Origin: Raillietiella orientalis
Taxonomy: Eukaryota
Assembly (NCBI GenBank): GCA_036172245.1
Contig: JAYWIR010000003.1
Coordinates: forward strand, 5,146,001-5,210,000
Length of the DNA stretch: 64,000 nucleotides
Direction of reading: 5' to 3'
The position numbers and the translations under genes were made by a program. Positions 1-17,925 of the stretch are shown here, piece after piece; the stretch's first letter is position 1, and each line of letters starts with the position of its first letter. The notes beneath the pieces were generated by a model. It worked only from the letters and a program-made list of their open reading frames with translations. It was not told the origin of the DNA and did no database searches.

Positions 1-1823
1 GAAATCCTGCAACTCTCAAGAAAACGATTCGTACGAACAGGATCTCAGTCCTACGAATATTTTTCTACTCGAGGTACCTGGCTGTAGGCGTTTAGAGGCT
101 GTTCGTGTTTAGAGGAAAGCATGTTGGAACCGCAGGTCTTGCTTTCCGTACGGGAATACTCTCTTCCTGCTGTATGCTGACGTCACCGATCCGCGAATCG
201 ACATTGAGCCGATTGAGACGCGACCCAATCTGCAGCTTTAGCTGTAAAGTGCGCAGACAACGCGCGCGCTGCCCTGAATGCTACTCGAACAGCACTATCC
301 TTCTCTCGGGGCTCGCCTTTAGATTTTGGTTCAGATGAAAGAGTGGTCTTTGGTTCTTTTTTTCTTTTTCCCACTATCTGCGGAGGGGGACGAGAACGCT
401 CATCACCGCCTCGTATGCTCGAAGCGTTCGACGCTCAAGCAAAGCCTGGTACGTCCCCGTGAACGAAAAATCACGGATCGCACAGAGTCCCCACCTGCTA
501 GACGCAGATGTCGACGAAGAGGCTGCTGCCGCTGTCCTTTTGATGCCGGAAACAGAATGCAAGAGTGTTCAAGGGCGGATTTCCCTAGAGGGAGGCAGAT
601 AGGCCAGCAGATCGCGAAAATCCCAAACATGAGACAACACCTGAGTGGACGGCACAATTAGATTGGTCGGCTGCTCTTTCGGAATCCCATCCCGAAATGC
701 TTTCTGATCTCGGTAAGTAATCTGCAGGTCGGCGACAACACCATGAGGACCGTCAAGTGCCACGTGAGTCTCGTTCGCCACTGACCTGACCACCAGGAGA
801 ATGCAGCAGCTTCGCAGGACACGAGCTCAGCTCTCGTACTTCCAAGGGATCTTCGAAAATGCAGCATTCAGAATCCAAGAGCAAATGCCTCGAATCCTAT
901 CGCGCGTAGGGATTTCCCTACACGAAGATTTTTCACGCGGTTCCGGCGATCCCAAGCGTAGAACTCGACAGCGAGTTTTGGAGAAGCCTACAGTGCTGAC
1001 GTGCGTTTCCGGTACTCCCCGCCTTGGGTGTTTCGGAAGACGAGTTTGCACCCACATCTTAAGAGGAGGCAACATCTGTCATAGGTCCGAAGACTTGAGG
1101 CGCACCAGCGTTCCAAATGCGGGATGCAGAACGAAGCGGAAAAAATTCCAGAAACAAAAAACACCGGAAGTGCGTGCACGCGGGTTCGATCAGAACTGGA
1201 TGCAGCACGAGGATGACCGGCAGTCAGCAGAGTGCTCTTGCGCAGGACAGTGCAAGCAGAATGGCGCAGCGTCAGACCCCAGGTCAACCCACCCTCCCTT
1301 CCCTCCCCAGGTCGACTGATCCAGCTCATCGCGATCACACGCACGGGACCGGAAGGCCCCACATCCCGCCGAAACCTGAACGGGAGCACCTGCCGAGCAC
1401 GGCAGCGCCGGCTCAGTGCGAAGCCCAACGCGGCAGGCAGAAAAAGTTTCGAAAAAATATATTTTCCTGGTAAAAAATACAGGCTTCCATGGAGACTACA
1501 TGATAAGTACGGGATCCGCATCCGAAAGAGGTTCCTGAGTGCCGACTGCTCGAGCTGAAGGGCGACCAGAAGGGGTAGGCAGGCTTTCGCCTTCTCGAGT
1601 CCAATGCGCAGGATCGCGTGGCCCGGAAGTTCTGGATTGCTGGAATCGGGTGGAGTTCGATTTAGCCTGTCCGTTCGCCACGGAAGCCCCCAGTGCGCGA
1701 AGAGATGCAAAGTCGGAATCCTCCGGGGAAAGGTGAGGCGAGAGAGTGTTCTGAAAGACAAAGAGGCAAACGACGTCTAGGTGAGAGGGAGACAGGCGCG
1801 TGCGCATACGAAGCACTCGAGCC

Positions 1824-4237
<2,414 letters not shown>

Positions 4238-5220
4238 TCACCGCCTCCAGGTCGACCTGACTCACTGTGGAAGGAGGATGCCGCCTGCTGCTTCTATCAG
4301 GGGACTTACGAAAGCGGGCGTGGGCACGAGTCAGAGGGAACCACCGCTCGACTCCCGGGCTGCTTGCTCGCGCTTCCCGGGAGAGGCCGGGAGGCGCGCG
4401 CGAGCAGGCAGCGCAGACAGAAGTTCCCCACGCGGGGGGAAGATTTTCAACCGAAAGTCTCGGATTCCCCACTGGAACAGCGCGAAGGATGGCACCGGAG
4501 GGCGAAAGGGAGGAAGAGAGACGCCGGCGAGAAGGTGAGGGAAAACTATGGGAACGAAGGCCGAGGAGGAGGAGGTCACGAAAGAAGGGCGTTCGCAAGA
4601 CCTCCGCCATCACCAGCAGACGAAGAACAGGTGGGAGCGCAGGAGGAGCTGCTGCTGCTGTTGCTGACAGATCGGGAAGGCACGCCTCTCCTCCCTCGCC
4701 CGGGACAGAAACGTGCCTTTCGGAGGATGCTGGGTCTCTTGGAAACGCTTCCTCCGGGCCTTCTCTCCGTCTCTCTCGGGAGAGGGGCAGGTGGTGAGGA
4801 GCGCAGCTCCCAGCGACACGCGTCTCACCCCCGGGAGCGCCGGGCGGCGCCGCCCGACATGCAGAAACCACGACTCACCTGGTGGGAGATCCGTGGTTCC
4901 TGTGCATGCAAGCATGCGGGAGACGCATTCCTCTCGGAGGCGGCCGAACATGCATCCGGGGTTTTTCTATGGCGACCGCGGGAAGCGAGGGCGGCTCTGC
5001 GGAGACGCAGTTGGACGATTGTGCGCCACCGGGAGTACCCGACCGAGCGTCCGCGAGACGCAAAACGAGGAGCATTCCCTTTTCTTTCCCCTTCGCAGTA
5101 CTCGCAGCTTCGCCTCGGGAGCGTGCGCGCGTGCGTTCCGGTGCAACCGGAAACGCGTGCGCCGGGAAACGCGAGTCCGCGACGCCGAGGGGACGACGTG
5201 CTAACCTGCATCCGTGGCGC

Positions 5221-5240
5221 GCTGCTGCTGCTGCTGCTGC
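5221..5240. repeat. Short (GCT)n trinucleotide repeat
   Basis: gctgctgctgctgctgctgc is seen directly. Confidence 0.85.
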
Positions 5241-5972
5241 TCAGAGGGTCCCGCCTTCTCCATTCCTGCCTGGACGCGGACGTCGCGCGGCCTTCAGGCG
5301 GCTCTCGTGCCAACGTCACCCGCGGCGATGAACGGCTCTTCCGAGGAGGCGCTTCCGCCAACGGAGCTGGAACGACAGGAAACACCACGAGGAGTGCTGC
5401 TGCTGCCGTCTGCACACCCCCTCGTTGCCGCCGCCGTTTTGTGCACGGCGCCGCCGCCTTCCGGACACCAACGAACGCGCGCACCTCACGACGGCCGTTC
5501 CGCGGCCGTTCTTCCGCCACCGCCATCTGCGAGAGAGAAGAACATGGCGGCAGCCCGCTCGGCGAGCGGCACACGTCGACTGACGCAGATCGGGAAGTGT
5601 CCTGAGGCCTCGGCGCAAGTGATGGGAGCGCGCGGCGAGAGCAGCCGTTCGCGCGGCTTCCAGAAAGCTGGGTAGCCTCCGAAGATGTGAGGCGAGGGAT
5701 GGTGGAAGGCCTGACCTCTGACCGCGAGGTCTGAAAAGTTCCGATGCGCCCTGAAACCAGCAGCAGATCGACACGTCTCCTCTTCGCCTCTTCACGCTGG
5801 AGGGCGCGCGCCCTTGACTTTGCGCGCCACCCAAGTGACGTGCGAGCGCGTGGATAAGCCCCTCCTCCTGCTTTCCACCGGGTGGAAAAAAACGGGAAAA
5901 AAAAAAAAAAAAAAAAAACGAAAGAAGAAGAAGCTTCTGGCATCCCTGCAGCTTTGCCACGTTAGGACCTGC

Positions 5973-5991
5973 CACGTGACACGCACACGTG
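5973..5991. promoter_or_regulatory. Paired E-boxes (CACGTG-N7-CACGTG) in the region between the divergent PFKFB-A and VOPP1-like genes
   Basis: CACGTG at 5973-5978 and 5986-5991, with further ACGT cores nearby, next to a poly-A tract at ~5897-5918. Function is not demonstrated. Confidence 0.3.
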
Positions 5992-7249
5992 TCCGCAGAA
6001 GGGGTGACGGGAGTTCCCTCCTGCGAGCGAAGACGCGCCCTTTCCTCTCCGGCGTCGCGGACAAACCACCGGCCTTTGTCCGAGGGCCAACGAAACGCGC
6101 CCTGCGGCGCGTTCCCGGGAGGGAAAGAACGCGAGAGCGGGAGCCACTCACCTGCTTGGGACTTCGAACGAGCAGTCAGCCAAAATGTAGGGCGGATGGA
6201 TGAGCGCGCTTGCGCGTAAGCTCTGACCGCGGAGCCATTTATCAGCAGTGATCAGAGAGAAAGCACAGGTAGGTCTCCACGGCAACACCGTCTCACTCCC
6301 CCCCCCTCATCTTCTCCCCCCCGCTTTCTCTGCCTGTCCGGAAGAGCGCACTACGCGCCCGCGTACAAAGATCCTCGCGTCTTTGTAAACTCCAGGAATT
6401 CCGCAGGCTCATGCGTCCTCAGGTCCCGCGGGCGGGATATCCTTCCTTCCACAAGAGATGACGGAGAGCCCCCATCCTTTCCACCCCCTCTCACCTTGCT
6501 GACTTCGACGCGGAGCTCTCCGAGTCAGGGTCATTCCAACCCTGACCCGGAGCGCGAGCGTCCTCCTTTGGGCGCGCCGAAACTCCTTCTCGCGACCCGC
6601 CGCCGCACCTGCGCACTTAGAGCTCGCGAGAGTCTCGGTCTGGGTAGGGCCTTGAGAGGCCCACTGGACCCCTATTCCCCTTCCTCTCGTCCCCGCCGCC
6701 TCGCAGTTCCCCCGAACACGTCCTTGGCGGCGGCATCGTCGCCTGGTGGGGCGAGACCAGTACGGCGCAGACATGGGCGCCACGCCCCCGCAACCCCCGC
6801 CGCCGCCGCTACAACTGCGCAGCGTCTCGCCGAGACGGGCAGCAGACGCAGGAGGGGAGCGTGGAGCCGTCCTTGACCCTGCGAGATGGAGGCGATGGCG
6901 TCACCCCTCCCCAGAAGGCAGCGGCGCGCCGCTACCTGCCCACGGGCTCTCTCCTGTCTCGGGAAGCGCGGTACTTCGTTTTTCTCCCTGTGGGGCAGCA
7001 CCAGCGGCTGCAGAGGCGGCCTTCCTTGCGGTCCTCTGTTTTTCGCCCCTTGCCTCAGCGCTCCGTCTCTTCCTCCTCGTCCCTCTCCCTCCGCTCCTCC
7101 TTCTCCGGGATCCTTGGGAACAGGCTGCGCAGGAGAGGAGGAGATCGGCGGGAAGGGGGTCCAGAGCGTGCACGTGCCGGCCGGCGCCGGGTGCTCCATA
7201 CTCCCCCCTTTCTGCTTGAGGGTGGCGTCTTAGCACCCTAGGCGATGCT

Positions 7250-9000
7250 GCCGTTAGAAGTCGCCTGGAGCCAGGGGTAAAATCGATGCTGCCCGAAGGA
7301 GTTGCTGTGGTGGAGGTCGCAATCTTCCTTCACCCTTCTGTGACTCCAGAGACCATCGAGGCGTCCCTTTCCTACTCCAGGGCTGCTCCAGGTACTCCCT
7401 TGACGTGTGGGCTGAGTCTGGGATCGGCTGGCCCAAGGGTATTGTGCGTATCGACTCCGAGGTCCCTCGGGTGGCACTGCCATCCGCCAGGAAGGATCCC
7501 CTCCTGATCCTTCCAACGATGTTCGGCTCCCGAAAAAACTTCCAGAAACACTTGACCCGCTGAAGAAGAGCTTCCCTCTCTTCTCCTAGAAGGCGTGGTC
7601 GCCTCGATCGTCTGCCGAGTGCTTCCTCCTCCAGGAGGCGCGCGTTGGTGGCACTGGAGCTTCCTGGCCGGGTGCCAGAATGATCGAGCTCACGCGGTCC
7701 AGTTGTGCTCCGTCGTCAGGAGCGACTTCCCGGGGGCATTTCTCTCTCGCAGCCTCCCCTGCTATGCGGGGGAGGACAAGCGATCGACAGGGACGTCCCT
7801 TAGCTAGGAGGGCCGCGTGCACAGGCCGCTACGACGTCCAGGGGGAGGAATTCGAGCTGCGCCCTCCCCTGCTGCAGGAGGCGCAAGGGAGGGGGGAAGG
7901 AGGAAAGAGGAAGCCCACTTTGCAGGTCCCGGAGGTCTCCGAAAGAGGTGTCGAGGCAACGTGGGGTGGCGGCTGCACCCCCACTCCCGAGAGGATAGGT
8001 GGCTCTCGGAGAAGAAGGGAGGTCTCGGAAGACTCTGGGGTACAGCCCCTTGCCTGTAGGCCCCCTTAGAAAGAGGACCGTGGGTTGGGAAACTTCCAGG
8101 AGGACGAAGAGAAGAGCTCCGCTCTTTCCGAATGGAGGCGCCACCGTCGGGGAGGATGCAGCCCTGTCTCTGCGGAGGAAGCGCTGGCGTGCCTCTTCGT
8201 CACGCTAGTCCGGAAGGGGCAGCCTCCACAGGAGGAGGCGGAGAAGAAGTGAGGAAGGGAGGGGAAGGAAGGCGATGACCTCCTCAGCCTCCTCGCCTCT
8301 TCGCCTCTGTGCGCCCTGGGAGGTGGCAGGAGGGCAGCACCACCCCTGCTCTCTCGGAAGGAGGCAGAGCCTCTCGCGGGCGGGCTGGCGTTCCCTTCCT
8401 CCCTTCTCCCCTCGTACCTGCTGGCGCCGCCTGCTGCGCACCTGAATAATTGATGGAACCGAAGGAAGGCGTGGGCATGGAAACGGAGCGCAAACAGAGG
8501 ACCTCTGGACGTCTCCATGGCCAGCGAGTGGAACGTGTCCGCCAGCTTTCGGACGTGCTACCACTCCATCCGGAAGGTCATCTACGTCTTCAGGTAGGGG
8601 GGGAGCAAGGGGCAAAGTGAGGAGGGACGTGCTGCTTGGCGAGGACCGTGGGCGGGCCCCTTTCCCTTCTGCAAGAGGGAAGGAGACCTGCCTTGACCTT
8701 CTCCACCTCCGCGTCCCCATCTTCTGCGAGGGGAGCTCCACCGGAGGGGTTTGAACGCCTGGTCTCGTTTGCGCTTCCCTACCCCGTGGAGTCAGTCCCC
8801 CTCCTCCCGCATCCTGAGGGCTCTGAGAATAGCCCTCTCGCCCGGCTCCTTTCCACTCGATATCGGCAACCATGGCAAGGGGGCATGGGGTCGCTATCGG
8901 GGCTTTCAGGTCGATTTAGGCAGTCTGGGCTGGGGGCAGCTTCCCCTTTCCCTACGATGTACCTGGTCGGAAAATGCCCGATGGAACCCGGAAAGACGAG
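7250..9000 (+). mobile_element. Highly degenerate non-LTR retrotransposon reverse-transcriptase relic (RLE type, NeSL/Utopia-like); boundaries approximate
   Basis: Motif echoes occur in the expected order across frameshifts: VTPETIEASLSYSRAAPG (~APGPDG), QEGSPPDPSNDVR (~KKGDP.DPSNWRPI), VASIVCRVL, SFLAGCQNDRAHAVQLCSVVR (~GF..GC.EH..L.S), and SLSGLSGRF. There is no intact YADD. Confidence 0.4.
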
Positions 9001-9336
9001 GGGCTGGATTGGGGGCCGGCGAGACTTGCAATGAGGCCAGGACGACGGCTGACCTCGTCAGCCGGTGGATGCAGCGCAACCGTGAAGACCGAGGTGCATC
9101 TCTGAGTCTTCCCCCTTCTAGCGAGAGTCTTTAGGAGGCTCCCGGTCCGCCTGAAATCGAATAGGCAGAGGTAACGAAAAAGGCGGCTCTGCTCCCGCGC
9201 ACTCCTGGGCGTTAGGTGGTCACGCGAGGGTGGTGAAACGCACGCCGACCTCCCTCCCTTCCGCTCGAGCTCTTCGTGTGGGGCAGACTCGGGCTGACTT
9301 GCCTCTGTCACCTCCTCCTTCTCCCTCCCGTTCTAG

Positions 9337-10218
9337 ATGTCAGCATCCTGAGATCTGCTGCGGGTCGCAGTGCTGCTCGCTGAACCCACCCGAGAGGAGC
9401 ATCGTCTGGAACCTCTGGTACTTCTGGTAAGAGGGAGGCAGCGCCCGTGCCTGGGAGGCGCGAGAGCGTCACGGCGAGTCCACCGGGAATGGAGAATTCT
9501 CCCTGACCCCAGGTTGGGGTGTGTCTTCCTCCTGATGACGGTCCTGGTCTTCTTCTCCCTTGTGCTGTCCTCCTGGTGGAGGAACCGGCAGAACCAGGTG
9601 GTCCGGCTCGCCAAGGAGCTGCAGATCCAGCCCTCCATCCTAGCGACCACGGGATCCAGGGGCCTAATCCGTCCCTTTGTTGTGACGGAGGGATGGGTGG
9701 GTCCGAAGAACGGCAGCGGCGGTAGCTCGGCGAGGTGAGCGCCCCGGGGTCGGATGGAGCCCCTGGGGCTGTTCGCAGCCCCCGAGAATGGCACGCGCCG
9801 GAGGGGGGGCGGGGGAGTCGAGACGCAGGCGGTAACCCAACCATCGCTGCTTCATGTCTGCCTGGCGTTCCTGACGTCCTCCTGCACATTCGACGCCCTT
9901 CTCCGAGCTTTTTCGAGAGTGTGCGTTGCCATCTCCCGTCCCAACTGCAAAGCTCCCCGTCCTCCGCCGCAGCGCCAAGGGGAGCGCGTAAATCGCTGAC
10001 TTCACCGCCTCTTTCTCAGCCTGGTCCAGCCGCTGAAGCCCGGGTATCCTCCTTCAAAACCTGTCAACTACGTCTCTCAGGAGATGGCCGACGCTATAAT
10101 CAGGGAGCGGGAATACCGGGCGCTGCCTCCGGGAGCGGTCAGGTGAGGAGGACGGCTGTTCCCTCTGGTGGCCGCCAGATGGCCGCCGCGTAGGGTTCCT
10201 ACTCCCCCGGTGCACTAA
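9337..10218 (+). CDS. VOPP1/WBP1-family small Cys-rich single-pass membrane protein, partial model. Exons 9337-9426 and 9513-9734, probably also 10020-10142 and 10194-10218. The 5' exon is unresolved.
   Basis: The spliced translation is CQHPEICCGSQCCSLNPPERSIVWNLWYFW|LGCVFLLMTVLVFFSLVLSSWWRNRQ: a CCGxxCC motif, then LWYFW, a hydrophobic helix and a basic stop-transfer segment, as in VOPP1 (CCGSRCC...LWYFW). Splice sites are canonical (ttctag|, TG|gtaag, ccccag|G, AG|gtgagc). The Pro-rich 3' exons are less certain. Confidence 0.7.
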
Positions 10219-11349
10219 AGGCACTGGGGTTCTGATGCCCTCTTTTCTCTCCTCCTCGCCCCCCGTTCCCTCCCTTCCTCCTCTCCCCAACTCAACTGCG
10301 GCTCCCGCTCCCTTCTCCTCTGGACGCACGAGGGAGCCCTGCACCTTCGACGCCGGATAGGGACTGCGAGGAGCTCGCGTTCGCTGGGAGGAAGGGCGAG
10401 CTCCTTGCCCTTCGCGACCAGGATCCCTCTCCAAGACTTCGGAAGAAAGGAAGGAAGGACACATTCCATGGGAGTAGCTGCAGTGTTGGAGAAGGCGGAG
10501 GAGGACAGACAAGTATCCCCAGGGACGGGAGACCTCCCAGGGGGATACCCGGGGATTCCAGGCTCCGGTGCTCGTCATCGAAGAGGGCATCACCCTGAGG
10601 CAGCTGCAAGGACAGGGAGGGAAGACACTCCTCCGTCTTTCCCAGAGGGCAGAAGGGAATAGCGGAAATAAAAGCAGGGGAGTGCTCCTGCCTCCGCACG
10701 GAAGGAGGACGCGCCGCCCTCTCGGAGAGGGAGATGTCTGAGGGACGAGGAGGAGGACGTGCTCCTTACGGAGCCCTCGGCCCCGAAGGAAACGGGTCAG
10801 GGAAATCAAAAAGGGTGAAGAAGGCGGAGAAGTCTCTCAGGAACCTTCCCTTGGATGAGACTCCTAATCTCCTTCCAGAGGGGCTGCTTCCGCCGTCGAG
10901 GAAACGCCCGGACTAGGAAATGGTTGGCTTCCCGGACAACCTGGGTCGGGTTGGCATGCGGGAGGAGGCATCCTAGGAAGGGCGCGGTCGCCGCTCCTCC
11001 AGTCCGGAAAGAGAGCTGCCAGGAAACCAACGGATGCAACCAGTTCGGGGTGCTGGAAGAGAGGGAGAAGGAAGGTGTCCTCTTCTTCCTCGCTACGACG
11101 CAGTCCCCCCTCCCACCTAGTTGCCAAGCATCAGCACCCTCAGGATGTGCAACCCTTCCGAAACTCCCCTGCGACCCCACTCCAGCCGTGGGGAAGAAGG
11201 GCTGCCCCGGCGTGCAGCTCCAACTTTTTCAGCAGCGGAGGATCTGCTGCAGAGATTGCTGCGCAGTATCCGGTTTTCGTGGACGCTCTTCCTCCCCCTC
11301 CATGCGTCCCTCGGCTTTGTGCGTTGCCATGCTGGGAGCTTTCTGGGGT

Positions 11350-13900
11350 CGTGCCTCGCACTAGGAGGACTGGAGATCTTCAAACAAGAAACGCCACTCA
11401 ATGACTTCGAAGGCGTCCCGCTCCCTCCCTACCACCACCACTTTGGAGCCACAGAATCTGTCGTGGCAGTGCTGACGGTGGGCAGTTCCAGCAGGGACCT
11501 CGCCTCTCCTGCAGGCTCGAGTAGGAAGGACTGTTCTGAGAAGCCTCGGGCAATCTTGCAGTCTCCTTCCTGGACCAAGAAGCCGCCGCATCGGTCCTTT
11601 CCGAGGCGATCGGACGCCCGTTTGAAGGGCGTGCGTGCGCGAGGAGGTGAGCGGCCCCACTGCCAACCTGCCGGGCAGCGCCGCGACCGAGGCCCGAACA
11701 CGAGTTTCTCCATCCCCCTTCTCCGAACTCCACCCCCATTTTGCGAAGGGCAGTTCTCATCCTGCGGCCAAATGCGACCGCCGAGAGGGGAGGTTGAGCT
11801 CTGGGATGCTCAAAGAAGGGCGCCACTCGGCCACTCCGAATCCCGGAGAACTCACCCGAGCGAAGACCGATGACGTCAACGATTGAGACGCGGGTAGCCG
11901 GCGTCTGTCTCCCGATGAGGAGGCCCTTAGTTCTGGGCAGCAAGATGATGCATCCACTCTCGGAACGCTCACATTCTTCGCCCCCTGATCAGTGCTGTCT
12001 TTGATGTGGATGCTTTGTGAGCTCTGCACACCTGATACGCCCTCCACGTATCATTTGCTTTGAACGTCTTGCGCACTGTCTGTCGCTTCCATGTCCACGC
12101 CTGGCCACGTGTTGACTCCCTGCTGCGAATACACGGGTCGTGGGATTGCGGTTGCCACGGCACGACATGAAAATGCTACACAGAAGCAGCAGCAGCAGAG
12201 CACACCGAAGGAACGTTACCTGGGATTCTTCGAAGCAGTGGACTTGAGAGGAGACATGGTGAGGCTCGAGACGGACCCTCAGCGCACCGTCTAACGCACG
12301 AGCGGTGGGAGCTTTAACACAGGCAAAACGCGCGCGTTCGCAGCATGCTTCATACGAGACCCGCGGTCCAGGAGATTTCAGTCTTCCCATTGACCGCAGG
12401 TTCTGTCGAGTCGCGACAAGGTCCGGAGGCACTTGAGAAGGGACGTGGGTTCCCCTGCTACGACGAGAATCCTCTGAGCGCTGCTGCTGCTGCTCCGTCC
12501 GAGAATTCCGTGGAGGCGAAATCCCTTGAACTGCCTCTGGTCCCGCTCCCACGTCACGTAATCCTTCCCACCTCCAAGATCTCCGGGGGAAAACCTGATA
12601 ACCTTCCGGCCAGCCTCGGGAGCGAGCGAGAGGAATGCGAAAACTTTCTTTCGCACGAATGGGCCTGGAGTGCCGACGCTGGTAGATCTGCCTCGCTCCA
12701 AAGGGGCCGTACCAGAGCTCCGCTCCTTGGAGGAGAGCTCCAGAGCTTCGGGGATGTTCCTCATCGTCGTTTGCAGGGTAACCGGAGCAGTCACGCGCGC
12801 TCTACGCATCTTCTGGTCCTGCAGGCTTCGGCTCGAGCGCCACACCAGGGATTCCCTACCAGCCACCTACCCCCAATCCGCCTCTTGAGGCTCCTCTGCA
12901 CCTTCTTGGGAAAACCCTACGCCGTTTCAAAGGGGGCGACCATCCCGGCGGCCTCTTGGCACGCCTCGCCCCTCGAAGCGACCTGCTGTTGCATGCTGAC
13001 GCCGAAAAAAGAGCCGGAGACATCCACCGAGTCGAGGCAGGGATCCCTCTGGATCCTCTCTGTCTCATTTGGGTGACCATTCCTCTTGAGGCCTTCAGGA
13101 TGCCGCGGTGGTGTAGCTCGAGCTGGCACCGCACCGGAGCACCAAAAGGTCGGTCGGTCAGCAGCATGAAATTTTCCGTGGCAGTGGACAGATCGGTCCC
13201 GGATGCTGTACCCAGCGAGGTCTCCCCTTGTCCGCCTTTGCATCTTGTCTCTGGCAGTGCCCTCGCAGCTTCTGATGGGCCTTGGAAACGGGACGAGACG
13301 GGGGTGCCGGGGAGAATGACGCGATTGGGCACCGATGGAAGGCAGACAAGGGAAACTTCGAAATTTTCGGTTTCCCTCGCCTGCCTCCAAAGATGCCTCC
13401 TCCTCCTCGCGTCCTTTTTCCTGGCTACAGGAAGCTGTGGCAAGAGGAGAGCATGCTTACCGCCCTTGCTGCTTCTGCAGCGACCTTTCGCTCTTCAGAG
13501 GGCTCGCTCTCCGCGGCTAACGGAAGATCCAAGTCGAGGAAGAGGCCTTCGGTACGAGTAGTTCCTGGAAGACGAGGACGCCTTGCTCCCTGGATCGAGG
13601 ACCGGATCATCTCGGGTTATGGCTCAAACAAGGAAATGGCCCCTGAGCGTGCCATCGCAGAAGCCCCTCATTAGGAGGACGCCGGTGCCTGTCCGCCCTC
13701 GGTTGCTCAGAGAGACGAACCGACCCCGTCTGAGGCGTGGTGGCCGAGGCTTTCGAGACCACAGTGGCCGTCGTAGTTTCAAAGTGCGGGATAGTAAAGG
13801 AAGGAAGGAGGAAGGTCTCCTGGAGTCCTGCTCTGTAAATCATCAAGATGGCGGCCGCTTTGGGTTCAGGACGTGGACGAGGCGCAACTCCTTCCAGAAG
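11350..13900 (-). mobile_element. Degenerate R4/Dong-like non-LTR retrotransposon (RT, zinc-knuckle and RLE remnants); boundaries approximate
   Basis: Colinear minus-strand motifs: GRTGTGVLLMRG; SEE-KGRCRSSKGGKHALLL...KDARRRRHL...PSVPNRVIL (~EEQKGCR.GSRGCK.QLL...AFDSVPH.WIL); RGIP...MSPALF; KKVFAF...VIRFSPG...HGILGRSSSSSAQRI (~NKVKAIN...VIRYSFG...HG.LHPKS.V.RL); SSCCPELRA...RR; GRPIASERTDAA (~WD.PI.TDRTI.A.RPD). Many frameshifts. Confidence 0.6.
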
Positions 13901-14557
13901 GCGCTGCGAATGGCAGGTATTTGGGGAAGGGTCACGAGGGGGATGGCACCGGATGGCCTCTCACGCAAGAGTAAAGAAAAGTGATGACGTCATCGGCGGT
14001 GGATCCTCGGGGGGACGGCAGCGTGGTTCTCGCTCTCGAAGGAGCAAGCAGGGCGTCCAATCCCCCTGAAGTCCAGCAAGTGACGATATTGTCCAGGAAA
14101 GGTCCCTGGTTGAGATGATGAAAGGAGCATGTGTCGTGCAGACGTGTGGGGGGAAGGGAATTAAGAGGTCAAGGAGATATGACCACGTGGCTGTGGGTGA
14201 GCCACGCGGAGGACGCTCAGCACGACCAGCCGACGCCGCCTCGCCGAGTTTCCCCAGGGGTAGCTGCAGGAATGCCGCACCTGGAGTCTTCGAAACGAGT
14301 GGAGAGAGAGAGCAGTCCCAAGGACCAGGAGGAATCTGAACGGCACGGGTGATAAGATGGTGGAGATTTCACCGGAGGCAGTTGGGCCAGACCTGCGCAC
14401 GGGGAGCGCTCTGTGTCCCCGTCCAGACGCATGCCTTCCTTCCCCACGTCACGGATCGGCAGAGACCCCGCATCCTCAATGGGAGGAGGGCAGCTGCGAT
14501 CGCGGAGGTTGCCCGTCTCTTCACGGTGCTTCTCCGAAGACCCCTCAGAGCCTTTCA

Positions 14558-17616
<3,059 letters not shown>

Positions 17617-17915
17617 TTATGAATGCGTCCTTCCGCTTTTTCCATTCGATGCCATTCTTCCCAAACTGAGCAAAGGTCATGGGGAAGAAGGAAGGCACCA
17701 ACTGGGAGATGCCCGGAAGTCGCCGAAATTGCGCAGGGTGGTCATCGACGAGCAGCTTCGCCCATCTGCGGTGCAGAGAGAGCGCCACGGCTGGACGCCT
17801 CCACAATGGTCTGCCTGCGCGCAGAAACGAGGACTGCTCCTCGGGCTGAGCACCTCGACGGCTTGCGCGAGAGCTCGTAGCATGATCGCAGCGTGGCTAT
17901 CTATCGCAAGCTGTG

Positions 17916-17925
17916 GTCACGTGAC
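17916..17925. promoter_or_regulatory. Perfect palindromic extended E-box GTCACGTGAC upstream of PFKFB-B
   Basis: A 10-bp palindrome matching the USF/MiT-TFE (CLEAR) consensus, ~540 bp upstream of the first resolved exon. Confidence 0.3.
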
